Shown here in pieces: positions 48,301-60,300 of a DNA stretch of 64,000 nucleotides. Under the pieces are notes generated by a model that did no database searches, had not been told where the DNA came from, and saw only the letters and a list, made by a program, of their open reading frames with translations. The stretch's first letter is position 1. Every line of letters begins with the position of its first letter. The stretch spans positions 183,212,001-183,276,000 of the forward strand of contig NC_086097.1 in assembly GCF_963921235.1 (NCBI RefSeq), in the 5' to 3' direction. Source of the DNA: Mobula hypostoma. Its lineage: Eukaryota. Both the position numbers and the translations under genes were made by a program.

Positions 48301-51300
48301 CAGCCTCCTGCCTCCTGCCAAGACTCACCTCAAGTCTCCAGCCTCCTGCCTCCAGCCAAGCCTCGCCTCGTCTCTAGCATACTTCCAAGTGTCGCATTAA
48401 GTCTCCAGCCTCCTTCCTCCAGCCAAGCCTCGCCTCAAGTCTCCTGCCTCCTGCCAAGTCACGCCTCACATCTCCAGCCTCCTGCCAAGCCTCGCCTCAA
48501 GTCTCCAGCCTCCTGTCTCTTGCCAAGCCTCGCCTCAAGTCTGCAGCCTCATGCTTCCTGCCAAGCCTCGCGTCGTCTCTGCCTGCTGCCTCCTGCCACC
48601 TCGCCTCAAGTCTGCAGCCACCTGCTAAGCCTTGCCTCAAGTCTCTAGCCTCCTGCCAAGTCTCGCATCAAGTCTCCAGCCTCCTGCCTCCTGCCAAGCT
48701 TCGCCTCAAGTCTCCAGCCTCCTGCCTCCTGCCAAGCCTCACCTCGTCTCCAGCCTCCTGCCAAGCCTCGCCTCATCTCTAGCCTCCTGCCTCCTGCCAA
48801 GCCTCACCTCGTCTCCAGCATCCTGCCAAGCCTCGCCTCAAGTCTCTAGCCTCCTGCCTCCTTCCAAGCCTCGCCTCAAGTCTCTAGCCTCCTGCCTCCT
48901 TCCAAGCCTCGCCTCAAGTCTCTAGCCTCCTGCCTCCTGCCAAGCCTTGCCTCAAGTCTCTGGCCTCCTGCCGAGCCTCGCCTCAAGTCTCTAGCCTCCT
49001 GCCTCCTGCCAAGACTTGCCTCAAGTCTCTGGCCTCCTGCCAAGCCTCGCCTCAAGTCTCTAGCCTCCTGCCTCCTTCCAAGCCTCGCCTCAAGTCTCTA
49101 GCCTCCTGCCTCCTGCCAAAACTCATCTCGTCTCCAGCCTCCTTCCTCCTGCCAAGCCTCGCCTCATCTCCAGCCTCCTGCGTTCTGCCAAGCCTCGCCT
49201 CAAGGCTCTAGCCTCCTGCCTCCTGCCAAGCCTCGCCTCAAGTCTCTGCCTCCTGCCTCCTGCCAAGACTCGTCTCAAGTCTCTTGCCTCCTGCCAAGCC
49301 TCGCATCAAGTCTCCAGCCTCCTGCCTCCTGCCAAAACTCATCTCGTCTCCAGCCTCCTTCCACCTGCCAAGCCTCGCCTCGTCTCCAGCCTCCTGCGTT
49401 CTGCCAAGCCTCGCCTCAAGTCTCTAGCCTCCTGCCTCCTGTCAAGCCTCGCCTCAAGTCTCTGGCCTCCTGCCAAGCCTCGCCTCAAGTCTCTGGCCTC
49501 CTGACAAGCCTCGCCTCAAGTCTCTAGCCTCCTGCCTCCTGCCAAGCCTCGCCTCAAGTCTCTAGCCTCCAGCCAAGCCTGGCCTCAAGTCTCTAGCCTC
49601 CTGCCTCCTTCCAAGCCTCGCCTCAAGTCTCTAGCCTCCTGCCTCCTGCCAAGCCTCGCCTCAAGTCTCTAGCCTCCTGCCTAGCCTCGCCTCGTCTCTA
49701 GCCTCCTGCCAAGCCTCGCATCAAGTCTCGTTTCTAGCTTATAGCCTGAAGACCCCAGCCTCCTGCCAAGCCTCATCTCTAGCCTCTAGCCTCAAGCCTG
49801 AAGACCCCATCCTTCTGCCTCCTGCCAAGCCTCGCATGAAGTCTCGTTTCTAGCTTCTAGCCTGAAGACCCCAGCCTCCTGCCAAGCCTCGCCTCAAGTC
49901 TCTGCCTCCTCCCTCCTGCCATGACTCGCCTCGTCTCCAGCCTTCTGCCTCCTGCCAAGCCTCTACTCAAGTCTTCAGCCTCCTGCCTCCTGCCAATACT
50001 CGCCTCAAGTCTCTTGCCTCCTGCCAAGCCTCGCATCAAGTCTCCAGCCTCCTGCCTCCTGCCAAGACTCATCTCAAGTCTCCAGCCTCCTTCCTCCTGC
50101 CAAGCCTCGCCTCGTCTCCAGCCTCCTGCGTTCTGCCAAGCCTCGCCTCAAGTCTCTAGCCTCATGCATCCTGCCAAGCCTTGCCTCAAGTCTGCAGCCT
50201 CCTGCCTCCTGCCAAGACTCGCCTCGTCTCCAGCCTTCTGTCAAGCCTCACCTCGTCTCCAGCCTCCTGCCTCCTGGCAAGTCTCGACTCACGTCTTCAG
50301 CCTCCTGCCTCCTGCCAAGCCTCGCCTCAAGTCTCCAGCCTCCTGCCTCCTGCCAAGCCTCGCCTCAAGTCTCCAGCCTCCTGCCCCCTGCCAAGCCTCG
50401 CCTCAAGTCTCCAGCCTCCTGCCTCCTGCCAAGCCTCGCCTCAAGTCTCTGCCTCCTGCCGCCTGCCAAACTCGCCTCAAGCTCTAGCCTCCTGCCTCCT
50501 GCCAAGCCTCACCTCAAGTCTCCAGCCTCCTGCCTCCTGCCAAGACTCATCTCAAGCCTCTAACCTCCTGCCTCCTGCCAAGCCTCGCCTCGTCTCCAGC
50601 CTCCTGCCAAGCCTCGCCTCAAGTCTCCAGCCTCCTGCCTCCTGCCAAGCCTTGCCTCAAGTCTGCAGCCTCCTGCCTCCTGCCAAGACTCGCCTCGTCT
50701 CCAGCCTTCTGTCAAGCCTCGCCTCGACTCCAGCATCCTGCCTCCTGCCAAGTCTCGACTCACGTCTTCATCCTCCTGCCTCCTGCCAAGCCTCGCCTCA
50801 AGTCTCCAGCCTCCTGCCTCCTGCCAAGCCTCGCCTCAAGTCTCCAGCCTCCTGCCCCCTGCCAAGCCTCGCCTCAAGTCTCCAGCCTCCTGCCTCCTGC
50901 CAAGCCTCGCCTGAAGTCTCTTCCTCCTGCCTCCTGCCAAAACTCGCCTCAAGTCTCTAGCCTCCATTCTCCTGCCAAACTCACCTCAAGCTCTAGCCTC
51001 CTGCCAAGCCTCACCTCAAGTCTCCAGCCTCCTGCCTCCTGCCAAGACTCATCTCAAGCCTCTAGCCTCCTGCCTCCTGCCAAGCCTCGCCTCGTCTCCA
51101 GCCTCCTGCCAAGCCTCGCCTCAAGTCTCCAGCCTCCTGCCTCCTGCCAAGCCTCAAGCCTGAAGACTCCAGCCTCCTGCCTAGCCTCAAGCCTGAAGAC
51201 TCTAGCCTCCTGCCTAGCCTCAAGTCTGAAGAGTCCTGCCTCCTGCCAAGCCTCGCCTCAAGTCTCCAGCCTCCTGCCTCCTGCCAAGCCTTGCCTCAAG

Positions 51301-54300
51301 TCTGCAGCCTCCTGCCTCCTGCCAAGACTCGCCTCGTCTCCAGCCTTCTGTCAAGCCTCGCCTCGACTCCAGCTTCCTGCCTCCTGCCAAGTCTCGACTC
51401 ACGTCTTCATCCTACTGCCTCCTGCCAAGCCTCGCCTCAAGTCTCCAGCCTCCTGCCTCCTGCCAAGCCTCGCCTCAAGTCTCCAGCCTCCTGCCCCCTG
51501 CCAAGCCTCGCCTCAAGTCTCCAGCCTCCTGCCTCCTGCCAAGCCTCGCCTCAAGTTTCTGCCTCCTGCCTCCTGCCAAAACTCGCCTCAAGTCTCTAGC
51601 CTCCATTCTCCTGCCAAACTCACCTCAAGCTCTAGCCTCCTGCCAAGCCTCACCTCAAGTCTCCAGCCTCCTGCCTCCTGCCAAGACTCATCTCAAGCCT
51701 CTAGCCTCCTGCCTCCTGCCAAGCCTCGCCTCGTCTCCAGCCTCCTGCCTCCTGCCAAGCCTCGCCTCAAGTCTCCAGCCTCCTGCCTCCTGCCAAGCCT
51801 CAAGCCTGAAGACTCCAGCCTCCTGCCTAGCCTCAAGCCTGAAGACTCTAGCCTCCTGCCTAGCCTCAAGTCTGAAGAGTCCTGCCTCCTGCCAAGCCTC
51901 GCCTCAAGTCTCCAGCCTCCTGCGTCCTGCCAAGCCTCGCCTCAAGTCTCTAGCCTCCTACCTCCTGCCAAGCCTCGCCTCAAGTCTCCAGCCTCCTACC
52001 TCCTGCCAAGCCTCGCCTCGTCTCCAGCCCCCTGCCTCCTGCCACGCCTCACCTCATCTCCAGCCTCCTGCCTCCTGCCAAGCCTCGCCTCAAGTCTCTA
52101 GCCTCCTGCCTCCTGCCAAGCCTCGCCTCAAGTCTCTAGCCTCCTACCTCCTGCCAAGACTCGCCTGAAGCCTCTAGCCTCCTACCTCCTGCAAAGCCTC
52201 GTCTCGTCTCTAGCATACTGCCAAGCGTCGCATCAAGTCTCCAGCTTCCTTCCTCCAGCCAAGCCTCACCTCAAGTCTCTAGCCTCCTACCAAGCCTTGC
52301 CTCAAGTCTCCTGCCTCCTGCCAAGTCACGCCTCACATCTCCAGCCTCCTGCCAAGCCTCACCTCAAGTCTCCAGCCTCCTGTCTCCTGCCAAGCCTCGC
52401 CTCAAGTCTGCAGCCTCATGCTTCCTGCAAAGCCTCGCGTAAAGTCTCTGCCTCCTGCTTCCTGCCACCTCGCCTCAAGTCTGCAGCCACCTGCTAAGCC
52501 TTGCCTCAAGTCTCTAGCCTCCTGCCAAGCCTCGCATCGTCTCCAGCCTCCTGCCTCCTGCCAAGCTTCGCCTCGTCTCCAGCCTCCTGCCTCCTGCCAA
52601 GCCTCAGCTCGTCTCCAGCCTCCTGCCAAGCCTCGCCTCATCTCTAGCCTCCTGCCAAGCCTCACCTCGTCTCCAGCATCCTGCCAAGACTCGCCTCAAG
52701 TCTCCAGCCTCCTGCCAAGCCTCACCTCAAGTCTCCAGCCTCCTGCCTCTCCTCAAGTCTCTGCCTCCTGCCTCCTGCCATGACTCACCTCGTCTCCAGC
52801 CTTCTGCCAAGCCTCACCTCATCTCCAGCCTCCTGCCTCCTGCCAATCCTCGACTCAAGTCTTCAGCCTCCTGCCTCCTGCCAAGCCATGCCTCAAGTTT
52901 CCAGCCTCCTGCCTCCTGCCAAGCCTCGCCTCAAGTCTCCATCCTCCTGCCTCCTGCCAAGCCTCACCTCAAGTCTCTGCCTCCTCCCTCTTGCAAAACT
53001 CGCCTCAAGTCTCTAGCCTCCTGCCAAGCCTCGCATCAAGTCTCCAGCCTCCTGCCTCCTGCCAAGACTCATCTCAAGGCTCCAGCCTCCTGCCTCTCCT
53101 CAAGTCTCTGCCTCCTGCCTCCTGCCATGACTCACCTCGTCTCCAGCCTTCTGCCAAGCCTCACCTCATCTCCAGCCTCCTGCCTCCTGCCAATCCTCGA
53201 CTCAAGTCTTCAGCCTCCTGCCTCCTGCCAAGCCACGCCTCAAGTTTCCAGCCTCCTGCCTCCTGCCAAGCCTCGCCTCAAGTCTCCAGCCTCCTGCCTC
53301 CTGCCAAGACTTATCTCAAGGCTCCAGCCTGCTGCCTCCTGCCAAGCCTCGCCTCAAATCTCCAGCCTCCTGCTTCCTTCCAAGCCTCGCCTGAAGTCTC
53401 TGCCTCCTGCCTCCTGCCAAGACTCGTCTAAAGTCTCTTGCCTCCTGCCAAGCCTCGCATCAAGTCTCCAGCCTCCTGCCTCCTGCCAAAACTCATCTCG
53501 TCTCCAGCCTCCTTCCTCCTGCCAAGCCTCGCCTCGTCTCCAGCCTCCTGCGTTCTGCCAAGCCTCGCCTCAAGTCTCTAGCCTCCTGCCTCCTGCCAAG
53601 CCTCGCCTCAAGACTCCAGCCACCTGCCAAGCCTCGCCTCAAGTCTCTGGCCTCCTGCCAAGCCTCGCCTCAAGTCTCTGGCCTCCTGCCTCCTGCCAAG
53701 CCTCGCCTCAAGTCTCTGGCCTCCTGCCAAGCCTCGCCTCAAGTCTCTAGCCTCCTGCCTCCTGCCAAGCCTCGCCTTAAGTCTCTAGCCTCCTGCCTCC
53801 TGCAAAGCCTCGTCTCGTCTCTAGCATACTGCCAAGCGTCGCATCATGTCTCCAGCCTCCTTCCTCCAGCCAAGCCTCACCTCAAGTCTCTAGCCTCCTA
53901 CCAAGCCTTGCCTCAAGTCTCCTGCCTCCTGCCAAGTCACGCCTCACATCTCCAGCCTCCTGCCAAGCCTCACCTCAAGTCTCCAGCCTCCTGTCTCCTG
54001 CCAAGCCTCGCCTCAAGTCTGCAGCCTCATGCTTCCTGCAAAGCCTCGCGTCAAGTCTCTGCCTCCTGCCTCCTGCCACCTCGCCTCAAGTCTGCAGCCA
54101 CCTGCTAAGCCTTGCCTCAAGTCTCTAGCCTCCTGCCAAGCCTCGCATCGTCTCCAGCCTCCTGCCTCCTGCCAAGCTTCGCCTCGTCTCCAGCCTCCTG
54201 CCTCCTGCCAAGCCTCAGCTCGTCTCCAGCCTCCTGCCAAGCCTCGCCTCATCTCTAGCCTCCTGCCAAGCCTCGCCTCGTCTCCAGCATCCTGCCAAGA

Positions 54301-57300
54301 CTCGCCTCAAGTCTCCAGCCTCCTGCCAAGCCTCACCTCAAGTCTCCAGCCTCCTGCCTCTCCTCAAGTCTCTGCCTCCTGCCTCCTGCCATGACTCACC
54401 TCGTCTCCAGCCTTCTGCCAAGCCTCACCTCATCTCCAGCCTCCTGCCTCCTGCCAATCCTCGACTCAAGTCTTCAGCCTCCTGCCTCCTGCCAAGCCTC
54501 ACCTCAAGTTTCCAGACTCCTGCCTCCTGCCAAGCCTCGCCTCGTCTCCAGCCTCCTGCCTCCTGCCAAGCCTCACCTCAAGTCTCTAGCCTCCTGCCTC
54601 TTGCCAAAACTCGCCTCGTCTCTAGCCTCCTGCCAAGCCTCGCATCAAGTCTCCAGCCTCCTGCCTCCTGCCAAGACTCATCTCAAGGCTCCAGCCTCCT
54701 GCCTCCTGCCAAGCCTCGCCTCGACTCTATCCTCCTACATCCTGCCAAGCCTCGCCTCAAATCTCTAGCCTCCAGCCTCCTGCCAAGCCTCGCCTCAAGT
54801 CTCTAGCCTCCTGCTTCCTGCCAAGCCTCGCCTGAAGTCTCTGCCTCCTGCCTCCTGCCAAGACTCGTCTCAAGTCTCTGCCTCCTGCCAAGCCTCGCAT
54901 CAAGTCTCCAGCCTCCTGCCTCCTGCCAAAACTCATCTCGTCTCCAGCCTCCTTCCTCCTGCCAAGCCTCGCCTCATCTCCAGCCTCCTGCGTTCTGCCA
55001 AGCCTCGCCTCAAGTCTCTAGCCTCCTGCCTCCTGCCAAGCCTCGCCTCAAGTCTCTGGCCTCCTGCCAAGCCTCGCCTCAAGTCTCTGCCTCCTGCCTC
55101 CTGCCAAGACTTGTCTCAAGTCTCTTGCCTCCTGCCAAGCCTCGCATCAAGTCTCCAGCCTCCTGCCTCCTGCCAAAACTCATCTCGTCTCCAGCCTCCT
55201 TCCTCCTGCCAAGCCTCGCCTCGTCTCCAGCCTCCTGTGTTCTGCCAAGCCTCGCCTCAAGTCTCTAGCCTCCTGCCTCCTGCCAAGCCTCGCCTCAAGT
55301 CTCTGGCCTCCTGCCAAGCCTCGCCTCAAGTCTCTAGCCTCCTGCCTCCTGCCAAGCCTCGCCTCAAGTCTCTGGCCTCCTGCCAAGCCTCGCCTCAAGT
55401 CTCTAGCCTCCTGCCTCCTGCCAAGCCTCGCCTCAAGTCTCTAGCCTCCTGCCTCCTGCCAAGCCTCGCCTCAAGTCTCTAGCCTCCTGCCTCCTGCCAA
55501 GCCTCGCCTCAAGTCTCTAGCCTCCTGCCTCCTGCCAAGCCTCGCCTCAAGTCTCTAGCCTCCTGCCTCCTGCCAAGCCTTGCCTCAAGTCTCTAGCCTC
55601 CAGCCAAGCCTGGCCTCAAGTCTCTAGCCTCCTGCCTCCTTCCAAGCCTCGCCTCAAGTCTCTAGCCTCCTGCCTCCTGCCAAGCCTCGCCTCAAGTCTC
55701 TAGCCTCCTGCCTAGCCTCGCCTCGTCTCTAGCCTCCTGCCAAGCCTCGCATCAAGTCTCCAGCCTCCTGCGTCCTGCCAAGCCTCGCCTCAAGTCTCTA
55801 GCCTCCTACCTCCTGCCAAGCCTCGCCTCAAGTCTCCAGCCTCCTACCTCCTGCCAAGCCTCGCCTCGTCTCCAGCCCCCTGCCTCCTGCCAAGCCTCAC
55901 CTCATCTCCAGCCTCCTGCCTCCTGCCAAGCCTCGCCTCAAGTCTCTAGCCTCCTGCCTCCTGCCAAGCCTCGCCTCAAGTCTCTAGCCTCCTACCTCCT
56001 GCCAAGACTCGCCTGAAGCCTCTAGCCTCCTGCCTCCTGCAAAGCCTCGTCTCGTCTCTAGCATACTGCCAAGCGTCGCATCAAGTCTCCAGCCTCCTTC
56101 CTCCAGCCAAGCCTCACCTCAAGTCTCTAGCCTCCTACCAAGCCTTGCCTCAAGTCTCCTGCCTCCTGCCAAGTCACGCCTCACATCTCCAGCCTCCTGC
56201 CAAGCCTCACCTCAAGTCTCCAGCCTCCTGTCCGCTGCCAAGCCTCGCCTCAAGTCTGCAGCCTCATGCTTCCTGCAAAGCCTCGCGTCAAGTCTCTGCC
56301 TCCTGCCTCCTGCCACCTCGCCTCAAGTCTGCAGCCACCTGCTAAGCCTTGCCTCAAGTCTCTAGCCTCCTGCCAAGCCTCGCATCGTCTCCAGCCTCCT
56401 GCCTCCTGCCAAGCTTCGCCTCGTCTCCAGCCTCCTGCCTCCTGCCAAGCCTCACCTCGTCTCCAGCCTCCTGCCAAGCCTCGCCTCATCTCCAGCCTCC
56501 TGCCAAGCCTCGCCTCGTCTCCAGCATCCTGCCAAGACTCGCCTCAAGTCTCCAGCCTCCTGCCAAGCCTCACCTCAAGTCTCCAGCCTCCTGCCTCTCC
56601 TCAAGTCTCTGCCTCCTGCCTCCTGCCATGACTCACCTCGTCTCCAGCCTTCTGCCAAGCCTCACCTCATCTCCAGCCTCCTGCCTCCTGCCAATCCTCG
56701 ACTCAAGTCTTCAGCTTCCTGCCTCCTGCCAAGCCACGCCTCAAGTTTCCAGCCTCCTGCCTCCTGCCAAGCCTCGCTTCAAGTCTCCAGCCTCCTGCCT
56801 CCTGCCAAGCCTCACCTCAAGTCTCTGCCTCCTGCCTCTTGCAAAACTCGCCTCAAGTCTCTAGCCTCCTGCCAAGCCTCGCATCAAGTCTCCAACCTCC
56901 TGCCTCCTGCCAAGACTCATCTCAAGGCTCCAGCCTTCTGCCTCTCCTCAAGTCTCTGCCTCCTGCCTCCTGCCATGACTCACCTCGTCTCCAGCCTCCT
57001 TCCTCCTGCCAAGCCTCACCTCATCTCCAGCCTCCTGCCTCCTGCCAATCCTCGACTCAAGTCTTCAGCCTCCTGCCTCCTGCCAAGCCACGCCTCAAGT
57101 TTCCAGACTCCTGCCTCCTGCCAAGCCTCGCCTCAAGTCTCCAGCCTCCTGCCTCCTGCCAAGCCTCACCTCAAGTCTCTGCCTCCTGCCTCTTGCAAGC
57201 CTCGCCTCAAGTCTCCAGCCCCCTGCCTCCTGCCAAGCCTCACCTCATCTCCAGCCTCCTGCCTCCTGCCAAGCCTCGCCTCAAGTCTCTAGCCTCCTGC

Positions 57301-60300
57301 CTCCTGCCAAGCCTCGCCTCAAGTCTCTAGCCTCCTACCTCCTGCCAAGACTCGCCTGAAGCCTCTAGCCTCCTGCCTCCTGCAAAGCCTCGTCTCGTCT
57401 CTAGCATACTGCCAAGCGTCGCATCAAGTCTCCAGCCTCCTTCCTCCAGCCAAGCCTCACCTCAAGTCTCTAGCCTCCTACCAAGCCTTGCCTCAAGTCT
57501 CCTGCCTCCTGCCAAGTCACGCCTCACATCTCCAGCCTCCTGCCAAGCCTCACCTCAAGTCTCCAGCCTCCTGTCCGCTGCCAAGCCTCGCCTCAAGTCT
57601 GCAGCCTCATGCTTCCTGCAAAGCCTCGCGTCAAGTCTCTGCCTCCTGCCTCCTGCCACCTCGCCTCAAGTCTGCAGCCACCTGCTAAGCCTTGCCTCAA
57701 GTCTCTAGCCTCCTGCCAAGCCTCGCATCGTCTCCAGCCTCCTGCCTCCTGCCAAGCTTCGCCTCGTCTCCAGCCTCCTGCCTCCTGCCAAGCCTCACCT
57801 CGTCTCCAGCCTCCTGCCAAGCCTCGCCTCATCTCCAGCCTCCTGCCAAGCCTCGCCTCGTCTCCAGCATCCTGCCAAGACTCGCCTCAAGTCTCCAGCC
57901 TCCTGCCAAGCCTCACCTCAAGTCTCCAGCCTCCTGCCTCTCCTCAAGTCTCTGCCTCCTGCCTCCTGCCATGACTCACCTCGTCTCCAGCCTTCTGCCA
58001 AGCCTCACCTCATCTCCAGCCTCCTGCCTCCTGCCAATCCTCGACTCAAGTCTTCAGCTTCCTGCCTCCTGCCAAGCCACGCCTCAAGTTTCCAGCCTCC
58101 AGCCTCCTGCCAAGCCTCGCTTCAAGTCTCCAGCCTCCTGCCTCCTGCCAAGCCTCACCTCAAGTCTCTGCCTCCTGCCTCTTGCAAAACTCGCCTCAAG
58201 TCTCTAGCCTCCTGCCAAGCCTCGCATCAAGTCTCCAACCTCCTGCCTCCTGCCAAGACTCATCTCAAGGCTCCAGCCTTCTGCCTCTCCTCAAGTCTCT
58301 GCCTCCTGCCTCCTGCCATGACTCACCTCGTCTCCAGCCTCCTTCCTCCTGCCAAGCCTCACCTCATCTCCAGCCTCCTGCCTCCTGCCAATCCTCGACT
58401 CAAGTCTTCAGCCTCCTGCCTCCTGCCAAGCCACGCCTCAAGTTTCCAGACTCCTGCCTCCTGCCAAGCCTCGCCTCAAGTCTCCAGCCTCCTGCCTCCT
58501 GCCAAGCCTCACCTCAAGTCTCTGCCTCCTGCCTCTTGCAAAACTCGCCTCAAGTCTCTAGCCTCCTGCCAAGCCTCGCATCAAGTCTCCAGCCTCCTGC
58601 CTCCTGCCAAGACTCATCTCAAGGCTCCAGCCTCCTGCCTCCTGCCAAGCCTCGCCTTGTCTCTAGCCTCCTACCTCCTGCCAAGCCTCGCCTCAAGTCT
58701 CTAGCCTCCTGCCTCCTGCCAAGCCTCGCCTCAAGTCTCTAGCCTCCTGCCTCCTGCCAAGCCTCGCCTCAAGTCTCTAGCCTCCTGCCTCCTGCCAAGC
58801 CTTGCCTCAAGTCTCTAGCCTCCAGCCAAGCCTGGCCTCAAGTCTCTAGCCTCCTGCCTCCTTCCAAGCCTCGCCTCAAGTCTCTAGCCTCCTGCCTCCT
58901 GCCAAGCCTCGCCTCAAGTCTCTAGCCTCCTGCCTAGCCTCGCCTCGTCTCTAGCCTCCTGCCAAGCCTCGCATCAAGTCTCCAGCCTCCTGCGTCCTGC
59001 CAAGCCTCGCCTCAAGTCTCTAGCCTCCTACCTCCTGCCAAGCCTCGCCTCAAGTCTCCAGCCTCCTACCTCCTGCCAAGCCTCGCCTCAAGTCTCCAGC
59101 CCCCTGCCTCCTGCCAAGCCTCACCTCATCTCCAGCCTCCTGCCTCCTGCCAAGCCTCGCCTCAAGTCTCTAGCCTCCTGCCTCCTGCCAAGCCTCGCCT
59201 CAAGTCTCTAGCCTCCTACCTCCTGCCAAGACTCGCCTGAAGCCTCTAGCCTCCTGCCTCCTGCAAAGCCTCGTCTCGTCTCTAGCATACTGCCAAGCGT
59301 CGCATCAAGTCTCCAGCCTCCTTCCTCCAGCCAAGCCTCACCTCAAGTCTCTAGCCTCCTACCAAGCCTTGCCTCAAGTCTCCTGCCTCCTGCCAAGTCA
59401 CGCCTCACATCTCCAGCCTCCTGCCAAGCCTCACCTCAAGTCTCCAGCCTCCTGTCCGCTGCCAAGCCTCGCCTCAAGTCTGCAGCCTCATGCTTCCTGC
59501 AAAGCCTCGCGTCAAGTCTCTGCCTCCTGCCTCCTGCCACCTCGCCTCAAGTCTGCAGCCACCTGCTAAGCCTTGCCTCAAGTCTCTAGCCTCCTGCCAA
59601 GCCTCGCATCGTCTCCAGCCTCCTGCCTCCTGCCAAGCTTCGCCTCGTCTCCAGCCTCCTGCCTCCTGCCAAGCCTCACCTCGTCTCCAGCCTCCTGCCA
59701 AGCCTCGCCTCATCTCCAGCCTCCTGCCAAGCCTCGCCTCGTCTCCAGCATCCTGCCAAGACTCGCCTCAAGTCTCCAGCCTCCTGCCAAGCCTCACCTC
59801 AAGTCTCCAGCCTCCTGCCTCTCCTCAAGTCTCTGCCTCCTGCCTCCTGCCATGACTCACCTCGGCTCCAGCCTTCTGCCAAGCCTCACCTCATCTCCAG
59901 CCTCCTGCCTCCTGCCAATCCTCGACTCAAGTCTTCAGCTTCCTGCCTCCTGCCAAGCCACGCCTCAAGTTTCCAGCCTCCAGCCTCCTGCCAAGCCTCG
60001 CTTCAAGTCTCCAGCCTCCTGCCTCCTGCCAAGCCTCACCTCAAGTCTCTGCCTCCTGCCTCTTGCAAAACTCGCCTCAAGTCTCTAGCCTCCTGCCAAG
60101 CCTCGCATCAAGTCTCCAACCTCCTGCCTCCTGCCAAGACTCATCTCAAGGCTCCAGCCTTCTGCCTCTCCTCAAGTCTCTGCCTCCTGCCTCCTGCCAT
60201 GACTCACCTCGTCTCCAGCCTCCTTCCTCCTGCCAAGCCTCACCTCATCTCCAGCCTCCTGCCTCCTGCCAATCCTCGACTCAAGTCTTCAGCCTCCTGC

